A stretch of 64,000 nt of DNA, taken from assembly GCA_977017575.1 (NCBI GenBank), contig CDRNVI010000185.1, forward strand, positions 1 through 64,000. Reading direction: 5' to 3'. The translations under genes were made by a program, and so were the position numbers. Below, in pieces: positions 43,624 through 53,973 of the stretch. Under the pieces are notes generated by a model. The model searched no databases and had not been told where the DNA came from. It saw only the letters and a list, made by a program, of their open reading frames with translations. The stretch is from Paramoeba atlantica. Taxonomy: Eukaryota > Protista > Discosea. Positions within the stretch are counted from its first letter, which is position 1, and every line of letters begins with the position of its first letter.

Positions 43624-43655
43624 AACGATAAAGATACAGTTTCTGTACCTTGTTG
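43624..43655 (+). other. Spliced-leader (mini-exon)-like sequence at the 5' end of element C
   Basis: AACGATAAAGATACAGTTTCTGTACCTTGTTG has the euglenozoan SL core GATACAGTTTCTGTAC and ends in TTG; no GT donor follows. Confidence 0.8.
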
Positions 43656-43696
43656 AAATTTTTTTACGCAGTATTCTCTCGGGGCCCAGCTCTTTT

Positions 43697-46600
43697 ATGA
43701 CGCAAACCAATACTCCTCAGAGCCCCGCACGCTCGAACGAGGACCACCCCTCATCCCATATGAGTGCAAAGGAAGGAACTCTCAGCGTAGGCGCTCTCGC
43801 CGACGAAGAACGTGCCCACTCCCTCGGCAGTTGGGACCAATTCCAAGGAAACAAGCATTTGATTCGCGCTGTCAGCACATACGACGAACAACTCTACACT
43901 ACACCAATCCCGGAGAATATTCCTAAGGAATGGTTGGAACGCGCACGTCACATCTCCCAGGAAAAGGAAACCCCAGACACGGGCCACGTAGAGGCCGAAG
44001 ACGAGGAGATGCAGCACTGTGGAGTGAGAAGGCAGAAAATTACTCACGAGGCTACACCCACATCAAAGATCCCCGATGAAACTCGGACGCTCAAATCCGC
44101 AGTGAAGGATGCTCTTTCCCACCAAGGTCGAAACACTTCCCCATCGAAAGGAGTGACCAAAGCGGACTCGCGCTCGTCAAGGCGAACACCGGAGCCCCGG
44201 ACATATTTCTCTTCACCGCGACACGCCGCAAACCAAAATAACTTCGCTGAAAAGACACAAACAAGAGAAGAGACTCGGGAATGTCCGGCCATGGGATGCA
44301 CTTGGAGAAGTCTGCCGCACGGAGGGTCTTGGCAAGCGTTTTATAACCACGTCGCGTGTCGCCACGGAAACGGAGTTCCCGCTACCTGGTGGGATGCAGA
44401 AGGCCGATTTCTTTGCAACTTATGCGGGCGCCATTATGACATCAACAAAAGGGAAGCTCATCCACAAGCCTGCAAAGGGAACGTTGCGAACCCCCAAATC
44501 CCATCGCGCGCAGCACACTCGAGCGTCCCAAGCCACCTTCCGGGGACTCAAACTCATCACTCTGAACTTCCCTCGCTATCCTCTATCTGCACGCTGCGCC
44601 TGAACACTTGCAAGGACGTACCTCCACGTTGCCGTCAACTGTGGGGAGAAATTATCACCAAAGCAGCCCAAAACGCAGTCACCGAAAACTCTACAGCCGC
44701 GTGGACCCTATTCGCCATGCTCCCCAAGTGCTTACTACCCGCCCCACACCGAGGAGGACGTAAGAACCACACAACTTACGCATCATACGTCCAGAAGTGC
44801 ATGAACCGATGGCTCGCGCAAGATTATGTCTCCCTATGGAATGAAGCAGTAGACAACGCACTCAAGAAACAATCTGTAGCCCCTACAACCGTTCACGACG
44901 AAGAGGAAAAGGCAGCTATCCGAGCAGAGCTTCTAGCTCGACAAGGCGAGTACTCTAGGGGTATGGCTGCACTCACGGCGGATGCTATGGCCCCTGACGA
45001 CGAAGATACACTCCTCAAACTTCAGAGCAAGCACCCGCCCCGACATCCAGACAGTGACATCATCGACTATACGCCTCCGCCCACAGCGCCCCTAATAATG
45101 GATGAACGCGTGGTAGCGAAAACTATCAAGAGCTTTCACCGGGGATCCTCGTCCGGAACCATGGGTTTACGACCCGAGCACTTGCAAGCTGTACTCCTGG
45201 CGCACGTAGATAACACCGTGAAACCCCTTACTGCCCTTAAAAACCTCGTGAATCATCTACTAGCCGGGAAAGCACCCCTAGAGGTACAACCATATTTTGC
45301 GGGAGCCAGACTTTGCGCGCTTAAAAAGGGCGAAAATGACGTCCGCCCCATAGCAGCGGGAGAAACGATACGTCGATTGGTAAGCAAAGCGGCTTGCAAT
45401 GCAGTGAGGAGCAAAGCCAGGGAATTTTTTAAGGGACTACAGTTCGGCGTCGCGACACCGGCCGGTTCGGAACGAATAATTCACACTTGCCGGCACGCAA
45501 TGACAATTCATACGGACAACCCCGACATGGTATTATGTAAAGTCGACCTAAGCAACGCATTCAACAACGTTAGCAGAGCAACTTTCTTGAAACTTGTAGG
45601 CGATCATTTTCCGGAATTGTTCCCCTGGGCTAGCTGGTGCTATACGACAACTAGTGCTTTGACCTATCGTTACCACACACTCCTTTCGGATGAAGGCGTC
45701 CAACAGGGCGATCCCCTGGGACCACTTTTCTTTTCACTGGTCTCCTTGGAACTTGCAAAAGAAATCTATCACCAGGCCGACCTGGACTTGCAGCTATGGT
45801 ACCTAGACGACGGGATTCTCATTGGCAGGGCAGAAGACGTCAGGAATTCGTTGGATACAATCGCCAGAGTAGGTCCGCGATGGGGCCTATATCTGAACAT
45901 GTCCAAGTGCGAAATAATCACCCCCCCTGCCTCGGCTAACGTTGTAACCATATTTCCGGACATACCCGACGCCAAAATAAACGTGTGCGGTAACTTTAGT
46001 GTCCTAGGAAGCCCAATTGGGTCCCCTGAGTACTGTACTGAATATCTGCTGACACACGCGGTTGAGCCCGCCGAAATGGCCCTTGATGCCATAACCAGAA
46101 TCCGGGACCCCCAGGTAGCCATGGCGCTAATTCGACAATGTGCTGGATTCTGCAAATTGGTACATGCTCTACGAACGACGCCCCCGCAATCAGTTATGAA
46201 CCTCTGCAAGCGGCTCGACGACTTCCTAATGCACGCGGTCGAATCCACTCTATGTCCTTTGCCTCCCTCCGCACGCGCCCAAATTCAGCGCTTGAAAAGA
46301 CACGGAGGTTTCGGTTTAAAATCGTCGACCGTGCACGCATCCTCCGCTTACGCCTCCTCTGTAGTTTTCGCGGCGGCCACGGACTCATGGGATGCTTCAG
46401 AAGTGGAGGGCTTTCTACAATCGATTGAAGACGTGAACTCGAAAGTTGGTATCAGTCTACTCGACTCAAACGGACTCGTGCGTTCCATCCCGCGCCATAA
46501 ATGTGAAGAACTCTCCCCCAAAGCTCGCTTCACCAAGAGATCTCGCGAGGGAGAAACCAGACATCCCTTTGAACCCGCAAATCCGCCTTCCCTTCCTCGT

Positions 46601-47563
46601 GACCGCGCATTGCCTCATTCCGAAGACTTTCCACACGATACAAACCCCCTTTACGCATCCGAAGATTGCGTTGACGCGGATCCACCCGACTGGGCAAGTA
46701 ATAGCGTCCCCCGCCAAAAAGACATAAGTTACGCGATCTCTGCCACAGAGTTCTCGCACGCATATGAAAACGCCGACGCCCGGACTCGCGCACGCTGGGC
46801 TTCTCAGTGTGGTAAAGGAGCAAGCAGCTGGGCGTTCGTAACTCCTTCCAGAGACACGGGCCACGCCTTTAACCCCACAGAATTCCGCATCCTATCCAGC
46901 TGGTGGTTAGGTGTGCCCGTGTACGGGGAAGAAGGTACATGTCCCAAGGGGAACTGCACACTCCCATTGGACATACACGGCGATCACGCTCTCACATGCA
47001 AGCACGGGGACGGTATCATCGGCCGTCACAACGCCTTGGCCGATCACTTTGCCGATACTTGCAGTAACGCACGCCTAGCTCCCCAACGGGAAAAAAGCCT
47101 CGGGAACCGGGGCCCCGGAGGCGCTCTGACTAGACCCGGGGACGTCTTCCTTCCGAGTCTCTTCCTCGGGAAACCTATCGTGCTTGACTTCGCGGTCACT
47201 CACGCCCAGCAATCTAAATACACGGACACAGTCCGAAATGCTAGCTGGGTGGCCGCGGGGTCCTTCGCAGAGCATTATGCCTCAGAGCAGAAAGTCCGAC
47301 AACGCCGTGAATCTGAAGATGCCGGAAGCGATTTCACAGCTATGGTGGTCGAGAGCTATGGCTCTTGGAGTGCCAGTGCTTTAGCCGTTCTCCGGAAGGT
47401 TGGAGAACGAAGGGCAAAAGCGTCCAACGGTATCTTGACAGACGAGGCCTCTACGCTCCGTCTCGTGACCGACATGAACGTAACATTGATGCGTTGCCAG
47501 GCACGCATGATGATTACGCGCCTGCCGGCTGTGGACCCCTTGCCCCCTTTAATCGAGCAATAG
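43697..47563 (+). CDS. Full-length CRE/SLACS-type retrotransposon ORF: LsmAD-like, zinc fingers, RT, zinc knuckle, RLE (lineage C)
   Basis: WDQF..N...STYDEQLYTT; CPAMGC..H....H and CNLC..H...C; KVDLSNAFN, GVQQGDPLGP, WYLDDG; C-x4-C..DHALTC, RHNALAD, RPGDV..LDFAVT, VVESYGSW. Confidence 0.93.
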   Translation: MTQTNTPQSPARSNEDHPSSHMSAKEGTLSVGALADEERAHSLGSWDQFQGNKHLIRAVSTYDEQLYTTPIPENIPKEWLERARHISQEKETPDTGHVEAEDEEMQHCGVRRQKITHEATPTSKIPDETRTLKSAVKDALSHQGRNTSPSKGVTKADSRSSRRTPEPRTYFSSPRHAANQNNFAEKTQTREETRECPAMGCTWRSLPHGGSWQAFYNHVACRHGNGVPATWWDAEGRFLCNLCGRHYDINKREAHPQACKGNVANPQIPSRAAHSSVPSHLPGTQTHHSELPSLSSICTLRLNTCKDVPPRCRQLWGEIITKAAQNAVTENSTAAWTLFAMLPKCLLPAPHRGGRKNHTTYASYVQKCMNRWLAQDYVSLWNEAVDNALKKQSVAPTTVHDEEEKAAIRAELLARQGEYSRGMAALTADAMAPDDEDTLLKLQSKHPPRHPDSDIIDYTPPPTAPLIMDERVVAKTIKSFHRGSSSGTMGLRPEHLQAVLLAHVDNTVKPLTALKNLVNHLLAGKAPLEVQPYFAGARLCALKKGENDVRPIAAGETIRRLVSKAACNAVRSKAREFFKGLQFGVATPAGSERIIHTCRHAMTIHTDNPDMVLCKVDLSNAFNNVSRATFLKLVGDHFPELFPWASWCYTTTSALTYRYHTLLSDEGVQQGDPLGPLFFSLVSLELAKEIYHQADLDLQLWYLDDGILIGRAEDVRNSLDTIARVGPRWGLYLNMSKCEIITPPASANVVTIFPDIPDAKINVCGNFSVLGSPIGSPEYCTEYLLTHAVEPAEMALDAITRIRDPQVAMALIRQCAGFCKLVHALRTTPPQSVMNLCKRLDDFLMHAVESTLCPLPPSARAQIQRLKRHGGFGLKSSTVHASSAYASSVVFAAATDSWDASEVEGFLQSIEDVNSKVGISLLDSNGLVRSIPRHKCEELSPKARFTKRSREGETRHPFEPANPPSLPRDRALPHSEDFPHDTNPLYASEDCVDADPPDWASNSVPRQKDISYAISATEFSHAYENADARTRARWASQCGKGASSWAFVTPSRDTGHAFNPTEFRILSSWWLGVPVYGEEGTCPKGNCTLPLDIHGDHALTCKHGDGIIGRHNALADHFADTCSNARLAPQREKSLGNRGPGGALTRPGDVFLPSLFLGKPIVLDFAVTHAQQSKYTDTVRNASWVAAGSFAEHYASEQKVRQRRESEDAGSDFTAMVVESYGSWSASALAVLRKVGERRAKASNGILTDEASTLRLVTDMNVTLMRCQARMMITRLPAVDPLPPLIEQ

Positions 47564-47618
47564 CACGATGACGGATGTGCAAGATGGGCCGCTCAGCCGG
47601 AACTCGAACAGCTGGTCC

Positions 47619-47856
47619 GGATGCTGGTCGATGCCGGCAGGGTCTATGCTCACGCCTAGTCCGCCAGGGCTAGGTACTCCAAGTGAGGTAGGACATGGGT
47701 AGGGAACTTTGTTCCTCCCCGTCGGCCAGCATCATGCTCCGCGACCGTGCCGCTGTCGGCACAGGCCCATTGCTTGCGCCCTCTCGTACAACAAGAGAAG
47801 GGTTAACAAGGTAAGCTGGGAGAGGTCGAAAGACCCGGTCCGGAACGCGCGAATGG
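47619..47856 (+). ncRNA. Conserved structured 3'-UTR RNA element (lineage C variant)
   Basis: Same helix architecture, with covarying pairs. Confidence 0.7.
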
Positions 47857-48243
47857 TTCGGGAAAAGTCTGCCCCTCCTAACCGAGGGAGACCTTACCCT
47901 CCCTGGAAAGCTGGTAAGATTGGTAAGGGGAAGTGGGTAAGATGGGAAAGCATGTATTTGCTAGTTATATATTTTGCTGGTTTTCAAAATGGGGGGAAGT
48001 GAGGGAAAGAAGTTGAGCAAGTAGGAAAGTAAGTGAGAAAGTCATACCGTACATACATATATAAAATTAGAACTCGTACTCTTCCCCCCCTATTATCTGC
48101 AAAAAAAAAAAAAAAAAAATAGATGGTTTCTTTGAGGGGTGGAGATAAGGGAGAGAAGCGGGCGAAGTTGATAAGGGCGAAGTAAAGTAAGTAGGAAAGT
48201 AAGTAAGAAAGTGATACCAAAAAAAAAAAAAAAAAAAATCTTT

Positions 48244-48924
48244 AACGATAAAGATACAGTTTCTGTACCTTGTTGAATTATTTCCCCTTTTCTTCCATAC
48301 ACCATCTTCCAGACCATGGGAGGGCACCCCCCTCAAATACACTCCTTTTTGTCGGCATCCCCCTTCCCCGTCTCGTCCCATCACCCCCCTGCGCCGCATC
48401 CCCCCACATCACCCTCCCTCCGCAGTGCGCTTGCCCCCCTGTTGTGTTTCTCTCTCGCGTCCCCCACCCCCGTGTCAGCAGCCAAAAGTATACAATACTT
48501 GCTCACGGGGTGGGGGCAGAGTTCCTGGCAGATGGGCCCGTGCTTCGCCTCCTCTCGCCCCTGCGTCAGTCCCCCCGTGTCTCTCTCCGCGCTCTTCTCC
48601 CTCGGCGTGACGACGTCTTTGTGTTTCGTGGCCTCCACGTCTCCCACCCTCGTACGGCAACCAAAAGTATTTATTACTGCTAACGGGGTGGGAGCGGAGG
48701 TGCAGGACCATACGGGCCTGGGTGCATGCGGATCGGTGAGTGGGGTAGGGAGTGAGGGAAGGGAAGTACGAGAGGGCTAAGAGGAGTAGGTGTGGAAAGT
48801 ATGGGGAGTAAGGGAAAGCGAAGGGCCGTAAGTGTGGAAATTGTGGAAAAGTTGGACTCCATACATAAAAAGTTAGACTCAATACTATTCCCCCCAATTA
48901 TTTGCAAAAAAAAAAAAAAAAAAA
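48244..48924 (+). mobile_element. SL-headed, poly(A)-tailed, apparently non-coding SINE-like retroposon
   Basis: SL at 48244-48275; pyrimidine-rich then purine-rich body with an internal ~60-nt duplication; ends TACTATTCCCCCCAATTATTTGC(A)n, like the autonomous elements. Confidence 0.7.
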
Positions 48925-49067
48925 GGGCAAAGTTTGGAAGGCGCGGATGGATGCTCGGGGGGGGGGAAGTGAGGGAAAGAAGCGGGTGAAGTCGGAAAGT
49001 CGCGGATGGTTTCTTTGAGGGGTGGAGATAAGGGAGAGAAGCGGGCGAAGTTGATAAGGGCGAAGTA

Positions 49068-49099
<32 letters not shown>

Positions 49100-49103
49100 A
49101 AAA

Positions 49104-49715
49104 CCTTTGCGGAGCGCTACCGAGAACAAGAGAAGACAACGGGAAGAGGCTAACACGGCTGGGTACAAGTTCGCGGCAATGGTAGTAGAGTCCTATGGCG
49201 CCTGGAGTCCCAGCGCCATGGCGGTTCTTAGGGAAATTTCAACTAGAAAGATGGCGAACTCAGGGGATACCCTCCCTAAAAGCGATGCCTTGCATCACCT
49301 CCTTTCATCTCTCAACATTACCCTCATGAGGTCGCAAGCTCGCATGCTTGTATTACGATCCCCAGCGGCGGTCCCTGACACAGTGCTCTTAGGTTACGGA
49401 AAAGAGGAGTAGGAGCTCAGTAGGAAAGTGAAGGAGTCGGTGTCAAGGGAGGAGGCCTCGTTTCTATTTGCTGGTTTTCTCGGGTGGTTTCTTTTTGGGG
49501 CTTTGGGTATTCGTTTTTTGGGGAAGGTTTTTTTTGGGGGTGGGAACGGGTTCTTATTTGCTGTTTTTTGGGCCGTTTGCTCGGTTGAACATTCTTTTAC
49601 TTTTCGTACAGTTGCTTGTTTCTATTCTGAGCCTAACTTTAAAAAAAAAATGTGAAATTGCTAATTTGATTGCTTGTTTACAAATCATATAAAAAAAAAA
49701 AAAAAAAAAAAAAAA
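49104..49715 (+). mobile_element. 5'-truncated lineage D copy
   Basis: Near-identical to 52245-52830 (…VVESYGAW…YGKEE*); poly(A) 49691-49715. Confidence 0.88.
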
Positions 49716-49974
49716 CCCGTGTCGCTGTCGACACAGGCCCGCGCCTGCGCCCTCCCATATAACAAGGGAAGGGTCCACAAGTCAGGCCGTGGTGAGGTCG
49801 AAAGACCCGGTCCGGAACGCGCGGATGGATTGGGCGTGGATTGCTTCCTTTTTTATTATTATTGTTATCAGAATCATAAATAACTTAAGGCAGGTTGAAT
49901 TACTAGTTTTGGGCTACAACATGTGAAATTGCTAATTTGATTGCTTGTTTACAAATCAAAAAAAAAAAAAAAAA

Positions 49975-52947
49975 GACTTTGAATCGTAAGAAACGTGCTG
50001 CGCAAGCAACAAGCCTAGAAGACGAGGGGAAGAAAGCGTGTCTTCGCGCGGAGCGACTGGCCCGCGACGGAGAACTTTCTCGCGCCATGACCGCACTGAC
50101 TTCTTCGCCGCTAGCACCAGACGACGACAACACGTACGCCAAACTTCAGGCCAAACACCCCCCACGAATCTCCGCATCCACAACATCCCCCAGCTTAACT
50201 CCGGAAACAGAACCACTCAAAGTCACCGAGGAAGAAGTCGCAGCTGCGCTCTCAACCTTCCACAGAGGATCATCAGGTGGCGCACTTTGCCTCCGCCCAG
50301 AACACGTGCAAGCGGCAATGCAATATCACAATGACGGGCACACAAATCCACTGGGCACGCTCACAAATTTCACCAACCATATGCTCGCTGGGAAGTTACC
50401 ACTCGACGTTCAAGACCACTTTGCCGGAGGAAGGCTATGTGCTTTGGAAAAGGGAGAACACGACGTGCGCCCAATAGCCGCTGGAGAAACGCTCCGCCGT
50501 CTGGTGAGTAAAGTGGCCTGCCTATCAGTAAAAGCGCGAGCCCGCAAAATTTTCAAAGGCCATCAGTACGGGGTAGCCACGCCCGCCGGGGCCGAGCGAG
50601 TTATACATCTGTGTCGCCAGGCCTTTGCTGCTCGCACGGAAGATGACGACTTTGTTCTCTGTAAAATCGACCTACGTAATGCCTTCAACCAAGTTTCAAG
50701 GGACTGGTTCATAGCACTAACACGCGAGCATTTCCCCACGCTTACTCCTTACGTCGAATGGTGCTACACTTCGGAAAGTAAGCTTACCTTTGGAACACGC
50801 GTTATTAAATCTCGTGAGGGTGTCCAGCAAGGGGACCCCTTGGGCCCTCTTCTTTTCTCGTTAGTCATGAGGGAAGTCGCCTCAGAAATTCACGCAGCAG
50901 CCCCCAAATTAGACCTAAACCTCTGGTACCTGGATGATGGCGTTTTGGCTGGCACTTCCTGTGATGTGCGACACGCGTTCGACGTTATCGAAATGAAGGG
51001 TCCACAATGGGGCCTACACCTCAACGCTGCAAAATGCGAGATTATTACCCACCCAGCATCTTCTCATCGTTCTTCTGTTTTTCCCGATCTCCCTGGCCCT
51101 AACAAAAACCTCGAAGGCAATTTTTACATTCTGGGAAGCCCCGTTGGATCGCCAGAGTTTTGTCGTGAATATCTCGTCAACAATGCAGTCGAAATGGCAG
51201 AAGATTCTCTGGACGCTATAACGCACCTCGAAGACCCCCAGGTTGCCTTATCCCTCATTCGTCACTGCACTGGCTTCTGCCAGATGGTTTACTCCCTACG
51301 AACAACCCCAACATCTGAACTTCGGGATCTCTGTCGGCGCTTGGACGACGCCGTGCAACGCGCGGTAGAGAATTTTTTCCGTCCTCTGACCCCCGAGGCC
51401 CGCCGTCAAACACAACGAGACAAGCGATTTGGCGGGTTAGGACTCCGTTCCGCGGAAGAGCACTCTACTTCAGCCTATATCGCCTCTGTCGCATTTGCAT
51501 CGGAGCTAGATCGCTGGGACCCCACGGAGGCAGAAGGTTTCGAAGAAGCCGTAAGCGATGTCAATAAAAGGGTGGGGAAAGACATCGTAGACATTCAATC
51601 AGGGAGAATACCGAAAGGTTTCGCCTTGTCATCCACTCCGCCTTTCAGTAAACGTGGCATTACAGAATCCAGTACCGAATCAGTAATCCCTCGGCAACGA
51701 GATCTAAGCGATGCAATATCATCTCACGAGTTTCATCAAGCACTCTCCCTCGCTGACCCACGTACGAGGGCTCGATGGATTTCGGAAACGGGGCACGGAG
51801 CAGCAGAATGGGCTTTTGTATTGCCGTCGAAAAAGAACGGCCACGCTTATACCCCAACCGAGTTTCGGACTCTGGTACGTTGGTGGCTAGGGGAGCAAAT
51901 ATATCCGGGTCCCCGATCTTGTCCCATGGAGAAGTGCACCCAACCGTTGGGTCCTGAGGGCGATCACGCATTGGCTTGCAAAAGTGGACATGGTATCACC
52001 TCGCGGCATAATGCCCTGGCCGCAGAATTTTCTTCTGAATGTTCTAAGGCTGGGTTCACTACCCAGAGGGAAATGAGCTTGGGAAACAAGGGGCCGGGGG
52101 GCGCCCTCACCAGGCCTGGTGATGTCTTCATCAAAAATTTCGGGCTTGGCGAGGGTCTTGTGCTTGACTTTGCCGTCACCCATGTACAGCAACAAAAATA
52201 TACGGACTCAGTCCGTGACGCTAACGGGGTGACGGCCGGGTCATTTGCGGAGCGCTATGCTACCGAGAACAAGAGAAGACAACGGGAAGAGGCTAACACG
52301 GCTGGGTACAAGTTCGCGGCAATGGTAGTAGAGTCCTATGGCGCCTGGAGTCCCAGCGCCATGGTGGTTCTTAGGGAAATTTCAACTAGAAAGATGGCGA
52401 ACTCAGGGGATACCCTCTCTAAAAGCGATGCCTTGCATCACCTCCTTTCATCTCTCAACATTACCCTCATGAGGTCGCAAGCTCGCATGCTTGTATTACG
52501 ATCCCCAGCGGCGGTCCCTGACACAGTGCTCTTAGGTTACGGAAAAGAGGAGTAGGAGCTCAGTAGGAAAGTGAAGGAGTCGGTGTCAAGGGAGGAGGCC
52601 TCGTTTCTATTTGCTGGTTTTCTCGGGTGGTTTCTTTTTGGGGCTTTGGGTATTCGTTTTTTGGGGAAGGTTTTTTTTGGGGGTGGGAACGGGTTCTTAT
52701 TTGCTGTTTTTTGGGCCGTTTGCTCGGTTGAACATTCTTTTACTTTTCGTACAGTTGCTTGTTTCTATTCTGAACCTAACTTTAAAAAAAAATGTGAAAT
52801 TGCTAATTTGATTGCTTGTTTACAAATCATATACCCCCCCCAATGGACCTACTTGGTTCGTCTACTGAGTAAAAATATAGAGGCAATGCCGCGTTTTATA
52901 CTTCTCCCCCCCTATTTATTGCAAAAAAAAAAAAAAAAAAAAAAAAA
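49975..52947 (+). mobile_element. 5'-truncated RLE non-LTR retrotransposon, lineage D (RT plus RLE intact)
   Basis: The frame is open from the poly(A) junction to 52555: KIDLRNAFN, GVQQGDPLGP, WYLDDG, DHALAC, RPGDV..LDFAVT. Ends with module T plus poly(A). The listed ORF start at 49937 lies in the previous module. Confidence 0.9.
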
Positions 52948-53328
52948 CACAGGCCCGCGCCTGCGCCCTCCCACATAACAAGGGAAGGGTTCACAAGTCA
53001 GGCCGTGGAGAGGTCGAAAGACCCGGTCCGGAACGCGCGAATGGATTGGGTCTGGATTGCTTGTTTTTATTTTTACTGTGTCTTGTTTGTCGTATATACT
53101 TAGGGGAGATTGAATTGCTAGTTTTGGGCTGAGAAAAAAGAAAAAGAAAATATACTTCTGTGGAAATAAAAAGAATTGCTAATTTGATTGCTTGTTTTAA
53201 ATTCATATACCCCCCTAATGGACCTACTATGTACTTGGTTCGTCTACTGGGTCAAAATATAGAGGCAATGCCGCGTTTCATACTTCTCCCCCCTTATTAA
53301 TCGCAAAAAAAAAAAAAAAAAAAAAAAA

Positions 53329-53930
53329 CTCCTTTCACGAGACCAAGCGCGAAACGATCTCCTAACAGATCTGAACGTGACGCTAATGCGTTCTCAAGCC
53401 AGGATGATGGTTTCGCGCATCCGCGTAGAGGACCCAGCGGATCCTTTGGTAGAGGCTTAAGCCTCTACTGACAGTCCAGTTTCAGCACGAAGACGCCATA
53501 ATATCCAGGACGGGTGCTGGCCGGGTCGACAGAGTCTATGCTCACGCCTAGCCCGCGAGGGCTAGGTACCCCAAGTGAGGTAGTACACGGGTAGTGAATC
53601 TCCTCCCCGTCGACCAGCATCCTGTTTCGCGACCGTGTCGCTGTCGACACAGGCCCGCGCCTGCGCCCTCCCATATAACAAGGGAAGGGTTCACAAGTCA
53701 GGCCGTGGTGAGGTCGAAAGACCCGGTCCGGGACGCGCGAATGGATTGGGTCTGTATTGCTTGTTTTAGTTTTTACTGTTTCTTGTTTGTAGTATATACT
53801 TAGGGGAGATTAAATTGCTAGTTTTGGGCTGAGAGAAAAAAACAAAAGGTACATCTGTGGAAACAAAAAGATTTGCTAATTTGATTGCTTATTTTCAACT
53901 CGTAAAAAAAAAAAAAAAAAAAAAAAAAAA
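53329..53930 (+). mobile_element. 5'-truncated lineage B copy with an alternative distal 3' UTR
   Basis: Same truncation point and ORF end as 42991; structured element 53512-53744; diverges after CGAATGG. Confidence 0.85.
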
Positions 53931-53942
53931 GTTGGACTCCAT

Positions 53943-53973
<31 letters not shown>

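Noticed and set aside
49937-49974. Listed start of the 872-aa ORF (MIACLQIKKKKK)
   Set aside because: It reads through the previous module's tail and poly(A); the element is 5'-truncated at 49975.
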